The notes under the pieces: generated by a model
Told to the model about the DNA's origin: nothing
Database searches by the model: none
The model's input: only the letters and a program-made list of their open reading frames with translations
Shown: in pieces, positions 8,328 through 16,770 of the stretch
Numbering within the stretch: the stretch's first letter is position 1
How the letters are laid out: each line of letters starts with the position of its first letter
Translations under genes and position numbers: made by a program
Source: Alphaproteobacteria bacterium
Lineage (GTDB): Bacteria; Pseudomonadota; Alphaproteobacteria; SHVW01
Direction: 5' to 3'
Length of the DNA stretch: 64,000 bases
NCBI GenBank assembly: GCA_016869645.1
Contig: VGDO01000001.1
Span: 3,904-67,903 of the forward strand

Positions 8328-9782
8328 ATGACCGCCCTGCACTTCCAATCGGCCAAGCAGCTTGCCCAGGCCGTCCGCCGCAAGAAGATCAGCGCCCGCG
8401 AGCTGCTCGAGCATTTCCTGGCGCGCGTCGAGCGCTACAACCCGTCGCTCAACGCGATCATCCGGCAGGACGCCGAGGGCGCGCGCAAGCGGGCGCGCGC
8501 CGCCGACCAGGCGCTCGCGCGCGGCAAGGCCGTGGGACCGCTGCATGGCGTGCCCATGACGATCAAGGAATCCTTCGACGTCGTGGGCATGCCGACGACC
8601 TGGGGCGTTCCCGAATACAGGGACGCGATCGCGACGCGCAATGCGCTGGCCGTCGAGCGCTATCTCGCCGCCGGGGTCGTGCTCTTCGGCAAGAGCAATG
8701 TGCCGGTGCTGCTGTCCGACTGGCAGACCTTCAATCCGATCTACGGCACGACCAACAACCCGTGGGACGTCCGTCTCGTGCCGGGTGGTTCGTCGGGCGG
8801 TTCGGCGGCGGCGCTCGCGGCAGGGCTGACCGGGATGGAGACCGGCAGCGACATCGGCGCGTCGATCCGCAACCCGGCGCATTATTGCGGCGTCTATGGC
8901 CACAAGCCGACCTACGGCATCTGCCCGACGCGCGGTCAGGCGCTCGCCGGCCGCGTCGCCACGACCGACATCTCCGTGATCGGCCCGATGGGCCGCAGCG
9001 CCGAGGATCTGGAGATCGGCCTCGGCATCATGGCCGGACCCGACGAGATCGACGGCGCCGGCTATTCGCTCAAGCTGCCGGCGCCGCGCCGCAAGACGCT
9101 GGCCGGGCTCAAGGTCGCGGTCATGCTGACCGACGTGAACTCCGAGGTCGATCAGGCGGTCCAGGCGCGCATTCAGGCCGTCGCCGACTTCATGGCGAAG
9201 CGGCGCGCCAAGGTCAGCGACAAGGCGCGGCCCGCCGTCGATACGACGGCTTGCCAGCGCGTCTACATCGAGCTGCTGCGCGCGGCGACATCGGGGCGGC
9301 AGACCGACGAGGTGTTCCGCAAGAACCAGGAGGCCGCGGCAGCGCTCGCCTCCGGCGACGACAGTTACTTCGCGCGCATGACCCGGGCCAACGTCATGCC
9401 TCACCGCAACTGGCTCGGCACCAATGAGACGCGCCACAAGATGCGGCTAGCGTGGGCCGAATTCTTCAAGGAATGGGACGTCCTGATCTGTCCGACCGCG
9501 GCGACCGCCGCCTATCCGCACGACCAGAAGGGCGAGCGTCACAATCGCACGGTGCGCGTCAACGGCCGGGACGTGCCGACCACCGACCAGCTGTTCTGGG
9601 CCGGCTATTCCGGCGTCGTCTACCTGCCATCCACCGTGGCGCCCGCCGGCTTCACGCCCGAGGGACTTCCGGTCGGCGTGCAGATCATCGGGCCGCAATT
9701 TGGCGATCGCACCTGCATCCATGTGGCGCGCCTGCTGGAGAGCGAGTTCCAGGGCTTCGTGCCGCCCAAGGGATATGATTGA
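8328..9782 (+). CDS. amidase (amidase-signature family)
   Basis: 484 aa; GGSSGGSAAALAAG signature. Confidence 0.8.
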   Translation: MTALHFQSAKQLAQAVRRKKISARELLEHFLARVERYNPSLNAIIRQDAEGARKRARAADQALARGKAVGPLHGVPMTIKESFDVVGMPTTWGVPEYRDAIATRNALAVERYLAAGVVLFGKSNVPVLLSDWQTFNPIYGTTNNPWDVRLVPGGSSGGSAAALAAGLTGMETGSDIGASIRNPAHYCGVYGHKPTYGICPTRGQALAGRVATTDISVIGPMGRSAEDLEIGLGIMAGPDEIDGAGYSLKLPAPRRKTLAGLKVAVMLTDVNSEVDQAVQARIQAVADFMAKRRAKVSDKARPAVDTTACQRVYIELLRAATSGRQTDEVFRKNQEAAAALASGDDSYFARMTRANVMPHRNWLGTNETRHKMRLAWAEFFKEWDVLICPTAATAAYPHDQKGERHNRTVRVNGRDVPTTDQLFWAGYSGVVYLPSTVAPAGFTPEGLPVGVQIIGPQFGDRTCIHVARLLESEFQGFVPPKGYD

Positions 9783-9788
9783 CGTCAG

Positions 9789-11237
9789 CTAGCTGGCGTT
9801 TTGCCGGCGCGGCAGGTGCGGATCGGCCGGCAGGTCGGGCGGCGGGATCGGCTCGTGCAACAGGTCGCCGATCGCGATCGGCCGCACCGGAGGCCGCGTC
9901 CGCGGATAGTTGAGGCCGGCGATCGGTGTGCCTGATGCCTCGCTGACGATCGAGGCGAGCGTCGCCATGCAGTTGCGTCCCTGGCAGCGGCCCATGCCGG
10001 CGCGCGTCGTCGATTTGAGCTGAATCATGCTGTCGAGCGCCTCGGCCTGGCGGGCTTGGAGTTCGCCATGGGTCACCTCTTCGCAGCGGCACACCACGGT
10101 GTCGGCCGTCAGCAATCCCAGATAGTGGCTCGGACCGGCAAAGATCGCCTCGATGGCACGACGAAATTTGTCGGTCCGATCGAGCTGATCGCGAAGCGCC
10201 GCCCGGCGCTGCTCGGCGTTCCCGGCGCGACCCAAACGCGCGGCCACCTCCAGTCCAACCAGGCGGCCCTCGAGCAACGCAATCTCCACGCCGCCAATCG
10301 CCGCGCCGTCCCCGGCGGCAAATACGTTGGCGACCGATGTCTCCATGCGGTCGCTGCGCACGGCCAGCCAACCGCCACGACCGCGGTTGTAGCCCAGCTC
10401 GCAACCGATCAGGCGCAGAAGCTCGACCGATGGCGTCAGTCCAAAGCCGACGACAAGCGCGTCACACGCGATGGTTTCGCTCACCGCGCGGTCAACAGAG
10501 CCATCGAGGGCGATCGGCGCGATCGCTGCGTCCTGCACGGCGTCCGCGCCGCGTGCGGCCACGACTGTCATGCCTGTTCGCACCGGAACGCCGGCACGCA
10601 ACAAGCTCAGGCGATAGTCGAGTGCCTGGCGGAGGATTTTCGGCGCTGCCAGCATGCTGGGCCACGCGTGCAACAGACGTCGATTGATCGGCGCCGCCTC
10701 GACCACGGCCGCGACCTCGGCGCCGGCGCGAACCAAGCTCGCCGCGACGACGAAAAGAAGCGGACCGTTGCCGGCGACGACAATGCGCCGTCCCGGCACG
10801 ATGCGGTTGCCCTTGAGCAGATTCTGCGCGCCGCCGGCGCTGATCACACCCGGCAGGGTCCAGCCGGGAAAGGGCACGGGACGATCATGCGCGCCGGCAG
10901 CGATCAGCAACGCGCGGCCGCGCACACGCCCCGATCGCTCGCCGCCGGCGACCGCCAGCGTATCCGGCGCCGGCACGTCCCACACGACCGTGTCGGGAAG
11001 ATAGGTAATGCTCGGGTGGTCGAGCACGCGCAGCAACTCCGCGACGCGCGTCGCCTCCTTGTCGAACCAGGACCCGCCATCGCGGCGGAATTGCGCCGGT
11101 GGCTGCCGGAAGTACTGACCGCCGGCGCGTGGATTGTCGTCGACGACGGCGACCCGGAGGCCATGGGCGACCGCCTCGCCGGCTGCGGCAAGTCCGGCTG
11201 GACCGGCGCCGAGAATGGCAAGGTCGACCTCGATCAC
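9789..11237 (-). CDS. FAD/NAD(P)-binding oxidoreductase, alpha subunit of a heteromeric flavo-iron-sulfur dehydrogenase (HcnC/OoxA/D-hydroxyproline dehydrogenase alpha-like)
   Basis: GTG at 11237 gives a GTGA overlap with the 2Fe-2S gene stop. Dinucleotide-binding LAILGAGPAGLAAA, second Rossmann VVAGNGPLL, and a C-terminal BFD-like Cys cluster (CRCEEVTHG...CQGRNC). Confidence 0.65.
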   Translation of the reverse strand: MIEVDLAILGAGPAGLAAAGEAVAHGLRVAVVDDNPRAGGQYFRQPPAQFRRDGGSWFDKEATRVAELLRVLDHPSITYLPDTVVWDVPAPDTLAVAGGERSGRVRGRALLIAAGAHDRPVPFPGWTLPGVISAGGAQNLLKGNRIVPGRRIVVAGNGPLLFVVAASLVRAGAEVAAVVEAAPINRRLLHAWPSMLAAPKILRQALDYRLSLLRAGVPVRTGMTVVAARGADAVQDAAIAPIALDGSVDRAVSETIACDALVVGFGLTPSVELLRLIGCELGYNRGRGGWLAVRSDRMETSVANVFAAGDGAAIGGVEIALLEGRLVGLEVAARLGRAGNAEQRRAALRDQLDRTDKFRRAIEAIFAGPSHYLGLLTADTVVCRCEEVTHGELQARQAEALDSMIQLKSTTRAGMGRCQGRNCMATLASIVSEASGTPIAGLNYPRTRPPVRPIAIGDLLHEPIPPPDLPADPHLPRRQNAS

Positions 11238-11545
11238 GTCCGCTGCCCGACGCCGTGCTGCGTCTCGACACGCATGCCGGGTTTCGCTTCGGTCCGGCAC
11301 GTCCGCGTGTCGGTGACACCGTCGACCACCATCACACAGTCCCAGCACACGCCCATGCCGCAATGGTAACCGCGCGGCTCGCGGCGCTTCGCCGTGCGCC
11401 GCGCCGCAGCTCGTCCGGCTGCAAGCATCGCGGCGGCGATGCTCTCGCCGGGATAAGCAGTCACGGTTTCGCCATCGACCGAGAACTGAAACGCGCGGCC
11501 GCGATCAAGCCCGTCATCGACGCGTTGCTCTCGCTTGTCGCTCAT
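11234..11545 (-). CDS. (2Fe-2S)-binding small subunit (HcnA/OoxA-N-like gamma subunit)
   Basis: 103 aa; ...GYHCGMGVCWDCVMVVDG... cysteine motif. ATGA overlap with the upstream FAD subunit. Confidence 0.7.
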   Translation of the reverse strand: MSDKREQRVDDGLDRGRAFQFSVDGETVTAYPGESIAAAMLAAGRAAARRTAKRREPRGYHCGMGVCWDCVMVVDGVTDTRTCRTEAKPGMRVETQHGVGQRT

Positions 11546-12657
11546 GCTGCGAACCGCTTCGGAGCGAAGCGCTCCATCGGCAGCGAGGTGCGGCCAGAGG
11601 TGATCAGCTCCGCCATCAGGTGGCCGAGCGCCGGCCCTTGCGAATAGCCGCCGCGTGCGCAGGCATTGACGTAGACGCCGGCGCGACCGGGCAGCGGGCC
11701 GAACAGCGGCAGCGCATCGGGAACGACGCCCTCGAAGCCGGCCCAGCTTCGCACCAGCCTGAGCCGGGCGAGCGCCGGCACCACATTGGCGGCGACGCGC
11801 AGATTGTGCAGCAGATTCTCGTAGCCGATCTCCTTGACGCCGGTTGAGAGGCCGCCGCGCCCTTGCCAGCCGCCGCCGATCAGGCAGGTGCCGTTGGGAT
11901 ACTGTTTGAGCGAGAGAATGCCGCCAATGTGGGTCACGACGCGGTCGAGCAGCGGCGCGGTCGGCTCAGTGACGCTCAGCATGTTGACATCGGCCGACAC
12001 CGGCAGGTCGATGCCAAGCATTCGGGCCGCCTCGCCCGACCATGCGCCGGCCGCGATCACGAGAACGCGCGCCGTGATCGTCCCGGCGCCGGTCGTCACG
12101 CGATAGCCGGGTGAAACTTCGGCGATCGCCGTTGCCGCGGCGGCGCCGAGGATCGCCACGCCGGCGTGACGCGCCCCTTGGATGATCGCATGGCCGGCTT
12201 GCAACGGGCTCGAATAGGCATCCCAGTCGCACAAGGTCGCCGCCGTGACGGTGGGGCCGAGCCAGGGCGCCAGGTCGCGCAGCCGGTTGCCATCGAGCCA
12301 CTCCGTATCGAGACCGAGCTCACGCTGCTCGACCTGAGAGCGCCGGAGCATGTCGATCTCGCGCTCATTGGTCGCGACGCGCAGCCCGCCCGGGCGGCCG
12401 AATCCGACATCGATGCCAAATTCGGCCTTGAAGCCCTGCCAGAGCTCGACGGCGCGGCGCGTGATATTCAGCACCTCTGGCCGCTTGATCTGCACGGAGA
12501 GCGTGCCGGCATTGGCGCCCGACGCATCGCCCCACGGCTCGCCGCGGTCGATGACCGCGACGGTACGCCCGGCACGCGCGAGGTAGAGCGCCGTGCACAG
12601 CCCGGCAATGCCCGCGCCGATGACGAGGACGTCGGTGTCGGTGGGTAAACTACTCAC
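11542..12657 (-). CDS. FAD-dependent oxidoreductase (DAO family), beta subunit of heteromeric dehydrogenase
   Basis: GTG 12657 (VSSLPTDTDVLVIGAGIAGL...) chosen over the ORF-track start at 12831, which overlaps the DapA-like gene. GxGxxG FAD fold; C-terminal HLMAEL-type DAO region. Confidence 0.7.
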   Translation of the reverse strand: MSSLPTDTDVLVIGAGIAGLCTALYLARAGRTVAVIDRGEPWGDASGANAGTLSVQIKRPEVLNITRRAVELWQGFKAEFGIDVGFGRPGGLRVATNEREIDMLRRSQVEQRELGLDTEWLDGNRLRDLAPWLGPTVTAATLCDWDAYSSPLQAGHAIIQGARHAGVAILGAAAATAIAEVSPGYRVTTGAGTITARVLVIAAGAWSGEAARMLGIDLPVSADVNMLSVTEPTAPLLDRVVTHIGGILSLKQYPNGTCLIGGGWQGRGGLSTGVKEIGYENLLHNLRVAANVVPALARLRLVRSWAGFEGVVPDALPLFGPLPGRAGVYVNACARGGYSQGPALGHLMAELITSGRTSLPMERFAPKRFAA

Positions 12658-12672
12658 GAGGACGCTGGAGCT

Positions 12673-12698
12673 ACCCTCGCCCCCATCGGGGCGAGGGT
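12673..12698. repeat. intercistronic hairpin ACCCTCGCCCC-CAT-CGGGGCGAGGGT
   Basis: 11-bp perfect stem read directly, between the DapA-like stop (12704) and the FAD-beta start (12657). Transcribed strand is minus; no T-tract follows. Confidence 0.4.
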
Positions 12699-12703
12699 AA
12701 CGC

Positions 12704-13624
12704 CTACTCCGCTGCCCGGGCCTTACCGTCGAGTGCGCCGATGCCGGCGAGGACTTGGCGGAGCTTGTCGAGGCCGGCGGCGTCGACCGGTAGATGGGGT
12801 CGGCGTGGCAGGCCGCCGGGGCGCCCGGCAAGATTCATGCACGCCTTGATCACAACATAGGCGCCATAGCCGCCGACATAGAACGCTTCGTAGAGCCGAT
12901 CGATCGCAGCCTCGAGCGGCCGCGCCTCGCGATAGCGCCCGGCCAGGAGATGACCGCAGAAATCGACGGCGCGCCGGCCGATGATGTTGGCGGCCATCGA
13001 GACCGTGCCGACGGCGCCGCGGCCGATCATCGCCATGGCGTAAGGCTCTAGGCCGCAGAACACCGCGACGTCTCCGCCGATGCGGTTGAGCGTATCGGCC
13101 AGCGCGTAGAGATCCTTGGAGCTGTCCTTGAGCGCGACGATGGTCGGGAACTTGGCGAGCTTCTCGGCGAATGCCGGCGTGATCGTCACCTGGGTACGGC
13201 CCGGATTGTTGTACGCCATGATCGGCAGGCCGACACCAGCGACCGCCTCGAAGTGACCGAGCAGTTCCCGCTCATTGGGCAACGCATAGGGCGGCGCCAG
13301 CACCATGGCGCCGTCATAGCCGCGGTCGCTAGCGGATTGCGTCAAGGCAACCGTGTCGCGCGTCGAGATGGCCGAAGTACCGGCGATCAGCTTGACGCGC
13401 CCGGCTACCTGGTCCTGAGCCAGTTCGAAGAGACGCAGGCGTTCCGCGTCCGACAGCGTGTACCACTCGCCCGTGCTGCCGGCGACGATGATGCCTTGGA
13501 CGCCGTCGGCGACGAACTGATCCATCAGCCGACGGAATGCCGGCTCGTCGATGTCACCATTGTCGTCGAAAGGCGTCACCGAGACGACGAACACGCCGGT
13601 CCAGTCAGTCCTGCGCTTTGCCAT
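12704..13624 (-). CDS. DapA/dihydrodipicolinate-synthase-family lyase (Pyr4H2C deaminase / KDG-aldolase-like)
   Basis: ATG 13624 (MAKRRTDWTGVFVVSVTPF...); family motifs GSTGE...Y...K. 306 aa. Confidence 0.75.
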   Translation of the reverse strand: MAKRRTDWTGVFVVSVTPFDDNGDIDEPAFRRLMDQFVADGVQGIIVAGSTGEWYTLSDAERLRLFELAQDQVAGRVKLIAGTSAISTRDTVALTQSASDRGYDGAMVLAPPYALPNERELLGHFEAVAGVGLPIMAYNNPGRTQVTITPAFAEKLAKFPTIVALKDSSKDLYALADTLNRIGGDVAVFCGLEPYAMAMIGRGAVGTVSMAANIIGRRAVDFCGHLLAGRYREARPLEAAIDRLYEAFYVGGYGAYVVIKACMNLAGRPGGLPRRPHLPVDAAGLDKLRQVLAGIGALDGKARAAE

Positions 13625-13649
13625 AGCCCGTCCCCATTTGCGCGGCCGG

Positions 13650-14831
13650 TCACGCCTGGTTGCCGATGACCCTGTCGAGAACCCAATTGTTGATGCGATG
13701 GACCAATATCTCAAGCCGTCCGATGCGGCCGGCGCGATGAAACGGCGACATCAATCCGCGCTGCTGCAGCTCACAGGCGGCCGTATCCTCCGGGAAAACG
13801 GCATCCATCCGCTTGTAGTAGCGCTGGATGACGTCGTCGAAATCGGCGCGCGCCGCCGTCCTGCGCGGAAAGCAGAAACCAATCGTGAGCCGCGACTTGT
13901 GGGGGCCGAGCGGATCGGTGCGCACCCACCACATGCCGTCGATGCACATGCCGATGCTCGTGCTCGGGTAGAGGCTGGGATAGAAGGTGCCCTCCGCGGC
14001 GCGGCCGTTGATGCCCTCGATCGGCGGGAAGCCGGTATCGCCCATCAGCAGCATGCGGCTGCCCGGATGCTTCACATAGAGCGCTTCATATTGGCCGTGC
14101 GTGTCTTCGGGCGGATGCATCTGGCGCTTCTGGCGGTTGAGCGAGCCGCCATGCAGATAGGGAATGTGGTACTGCTCGGCGAAATTCTCGAAGAACAGCT
14201 TCCAATTGATCGGCAGCTCGACGGCGTTGCGCCGCACGCAGACGAGATCGTCGAGGTTGTAGGCCTCGGTGTTGTCGACAAGGTCGCCCAGATACTCGCG
14301 AAGGCTGATCGCGTCGTTGTCGAAATTGATGAAGATGAAGCCGCCCCAGGTCTCCAGCCTGATCGGCACGAGGCCGAGCTTCGACTTGTCGAAGCCGAGC
14401 GCGTCCTCCATCTCGGCCGCAACGAGAAGGTTGCCCTCGGTCGCATAGGTCCAGCCGTGATAGGGGCAACGGATCGCTTTGCAGTTGCCCTCGCCCTCGA
14501 CCAGGCGCGAGCCGCGATGGCGGCATGAATTGGAGAAAGCGCGCACCACGCCGTCCTTGCCGCGCATGATGATCACGGGGACGCCGACATAGTCGAAGGT
14601 GAAGTAGTCGCCGGGATTGGGAATGCGATCGACGCGATCGACGAAGTTCCACACCTTCATGAAGATGCGTTCGACTTCGCGCCGGTAGAAGCGCTCCGAG
14701 GTGTAGCACCAATTGGGCAGCGTCCCTGCCTCCATGACCGGCTTGCGTACGGCCACGTAGTGCCGCGGATGGAACATATCCTCCGGGAAGAACGTCTCGA
14801 TCGGCTGCTGCGCGAAGTCCGTAGCGAACAT
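13650..14831 (-). CDS. Rieske [2Fe-2S] non-heme-iron oxygenase alpha subunit (GbcA/Stc2/CntA-like N-demethylase/hydroxylase class)
   Basis: CRHRG...CPYHGW Rieske motif and a downstream mononuclear Fe region (E...H...H). 393 aa. No reductase partner adjacent. Confidence 0.8.
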   Translation of the reverse strand: MFATDFAQQPIETFFPEDMFHPRHYVAVRKPVMEAGTLPNWCYTSERFYRREVERIFMKVWNFVDRVDRIPNPGDYFTFDYVGVPVIIMRGKDGVVRAFSNSCRHRGSRLVEGEGNCKAIRCPYHGWTYATEGNLLVAAEMEDALGFDKSKLGLVPIRLETWGGFIFINFDNDAISLREYLGDLVDNTEAYNLDDLVCVRRNAVELPINWKLFFENFAEQYHIPYLHGGSLNRQKRQMHPPEDTHGQYEALYVKHPGSRMLLMGDTGFPPIEGINGRAAEGTFYPSLYPSTSIGMCIDGMWWVRTDPLGPHKSRLTIGFCFPRRTAARADFDDVIQRYYKRMDAVFPEDTAACELQQRGLMSPFHRAGRIGRLEILVHRINNWVLDRVIGNQA

Positions 14832-14836
14832 TGCAC

Positions 14837-15424
14837 CTATCTCGAGGCCAGGCTGAACGGCTTGCGCGCGAAGATCCGCTCCACGGCCGGCAGGAACGCC
14901 TGCAGCGGCATGGTGTCGTAGTTCGGATCGAACGCGGCCTGGTCCCAGCGGTCGCAGAATCGGATCGTGCGCTCATAGGCAGGATGGCCGCGATACTTGT
15001 CGCGTTCGTTGCGGTCCTGCCCCATGAAATGGAAGAAGTGGTAGCCTTGGAATGTGCGGTGATGCTGCAGCAGCCAATGATTCTCCGCCGTCACATAGGG
15101 CCTCAGAATCGCGGCAGCGTAGTCGCCGTGGCTGTGCGGCGCCAGATCGTCGCCGATGTCGTGCAGCAATGCGCACACGACGGTCTCTTCGTCCGCTCCC
15201 TCGCGCGAGGCGCGCGTGGCCGTCTGCAGGCAGTGCTCGAAGCGGTCGACCTGATAGCCGTAGCGATAGCCCTTGAGTCTGTGCAGCTGCTCGATGACGC
15301 GCTGGGCCAGCCCGGCTGTCTCATCCCGGTAGGCGCGCGCAACGATCGCCCAGTCCTCGGCGTCGCCATCGGCCATGGCGGTGCTCTTGACCGCGACGAC
15401 GTTCTGCTTCTCGGTGACCAGCAT
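14837..15424 (-). CDS. HD-domain protein, PhnZ/MIOX/TmpB-like putative mixed-valent diiron oxygenase (alternatively an HD phosphohydrolase)
   Basis: 195 aa; H...LLHDIGD...HSHGD...LLQHH...D ligand-like spacing comparable to PhnZ-type HD oxygenases. Stop is 3 nt before the Rieske start. Confidence 0.55.
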   Translation of the reverse strand: MLVTEKQNVVAVKSTAMADGDAEDWAIVARAYRDETAGLAQRVIEQLHRLKGYRYGYQVDRFEHCLQTATRASREGADEETVVCALLHDIGDDLAPHSHGDYAAAILRPYVTAENHWLLQHHRTFQGYHFFHFMGQDRNERDKYRGHPAYERTIRFCDRWDQAAFDPNYDTMPLQAFLPAVERIFARKPFSLASR

Positions 15425-15827
15425 GGCTGCGGTCTCCTTTTCTGGTCCCGCGCTCCGCGCGCGGGTGCATGTTCGTCATCTTAATCAGACGCGCTGTCGC
15501 TGACCATATGCTGACAACGCGCGAATATCGCAATTTCGTACGCACCGTCCGGCGCCATTGCTCAATATGCGCAACTGACGGGTTGCCCGTTGACACTCTT
15601 CCGGTGCCGCGGAAAAATGCCTGAAATTCTTGGCCCGATCGAGCAGCACGGCGGACAGATTTGGCGGCGACGGGTCTTGCACTTGACACCGACGGCTTCC
15701 TCGCTCGATCGTCGGGCGGCGACCAGCTGACACTGGATATCGCATCGCAATTGAGGCCAACCGAGCGCCGGCGATGGGCATGGCGCCGTCTTGACCGGTA
15801 GGATTCCGCGGGGGCAAGCTTTCGGAC

Positions 15828-16607
15828 ATGGCAAAGACAATCCTTACCCGCGTCGAACGCGGCGTCGGCATCGCTACGCTTAACAAGCCGGAGAAGCTCA
15901 ACGCCTGGGACGGCGCTATGCGCGCCGAGCTCAAGAAGGCGATCGAGGCCTTCGACCGCGACAAGTCGGTGCGCGCCATCATCCTGACCGGTGCTGGCGA
16001 CCGGGCCTTCTCGGCTGGCCAGGATCTCGACGAGACCAAGAAGTTCAAGGGCGGCAAGGAAGGCGCCGCCTGGTTCAAATCGTGGCGCGATTTCTACGAC
16101 TGCCTGCGCAAGCTCACGAAGCCGTGCATTGCCGCGCTCAACGGCGTGGCTGCCGGCTCGGCCTTTCAGTTCGCCATGCTGTGCGACATTCGCATCGGAC
16201 ATTCCGGCGTCACGATGGGCCAGCCCGAGATCAATGCGGGCATCCCAAGCGTGCTGGGGCCCCTGCTCATGATCGAGCGGCTCGGGCTGTCGCGCACGAT
16301 CGAGCTGACGCTCACGGGTCGCATGATGGGCGCCGAAGAGTGCCGGCACATCGGACTGATCCATCACCTCGTGCCCAAGGAGCAGGTGATGGCCAAGGCG
16401 ATCGAGGTGGCGGAGCTGCTCGCATCCAAGCCGTCGATCGCCATGCGCCTCAACCGCAAGCGCTTCCGGCAGGTGACCCAGGCGGCGTTCAACGAGGCGT
16501 TCAAATCAGGTCTGGCCATCCAACGCGAGGCCTATGCCTCGGGCGAACCCCAGGCCGCCATGGCGAAATTCTTCGCTGAGCGTGCCGCGCGCAAGTCCAA
16601 AGGATAG
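15828..16607 (+). CDS. enoyl-CoA hydratase/isomerase (crotonase family)
   Basis: 259 aa; crotonase fold motifs (ILTGAGDRAFSAGQDL, oxyanion-hole region). Confidence 0.8.
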   Translation: MAKTILTRVERGVGIATLNKPEKLNAWDGAMRAELKKAIEAFDRDKSVRAIILTGAGDRAFSAGQDLDETKKFKGGKEGAAWFKSWRDFYDCLRKLTKPCIAALNGVAAGSAFQFAMLCDIRIGHSGVTMGQPEINAGIPSVLGPLLMIERLGLSRTIELTLTGRMMGAEECRHIGLIHHLVPKEQVMAKAIEVAELLASKPSIAMRLNRKRFRQVTQAAFNEAFKSGLAIQREAYASGEPQAAMAKFFAERAARKSKG

Positions 16608-16770
16608 GGCGGCCCATCCTGCTCCCTCGGGGGCGTTGGGCTGTTGCGAGGTCCGGCAAACCTGCGTACGATGACGGCCAATAATACTCGGTGAATGCAG
16701 ACGCTACCCGCGGCAACCAGACCCGAAGGGGCAACGCGGCGAACCCGAAACTGAGAGACAGGTGGAGGCA

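Noticed and set aside
8052-9437. 461-aa minus and 388-aa plus ORFs overlapping the second amidase
   Set aside because: GC-artefact frames; the amidase frame carries the GGSSGGSAAA signature.
10056-11369. 437-aa plus ORF
   Set aside because: Antisense to the FAD/NAD alpha-subunit gene.
14086-14976. 296-aa minus ORF
   Set aside because: Alternate frame of the Rieske gene, Arg-rich nonsense.
15321-16367. 348-aa minus ORF spanning the divergent promoter and the enoyl-CoA hydratase gene
   Set aside because: Antisense artefact; crosses an obvious intergenic control region.
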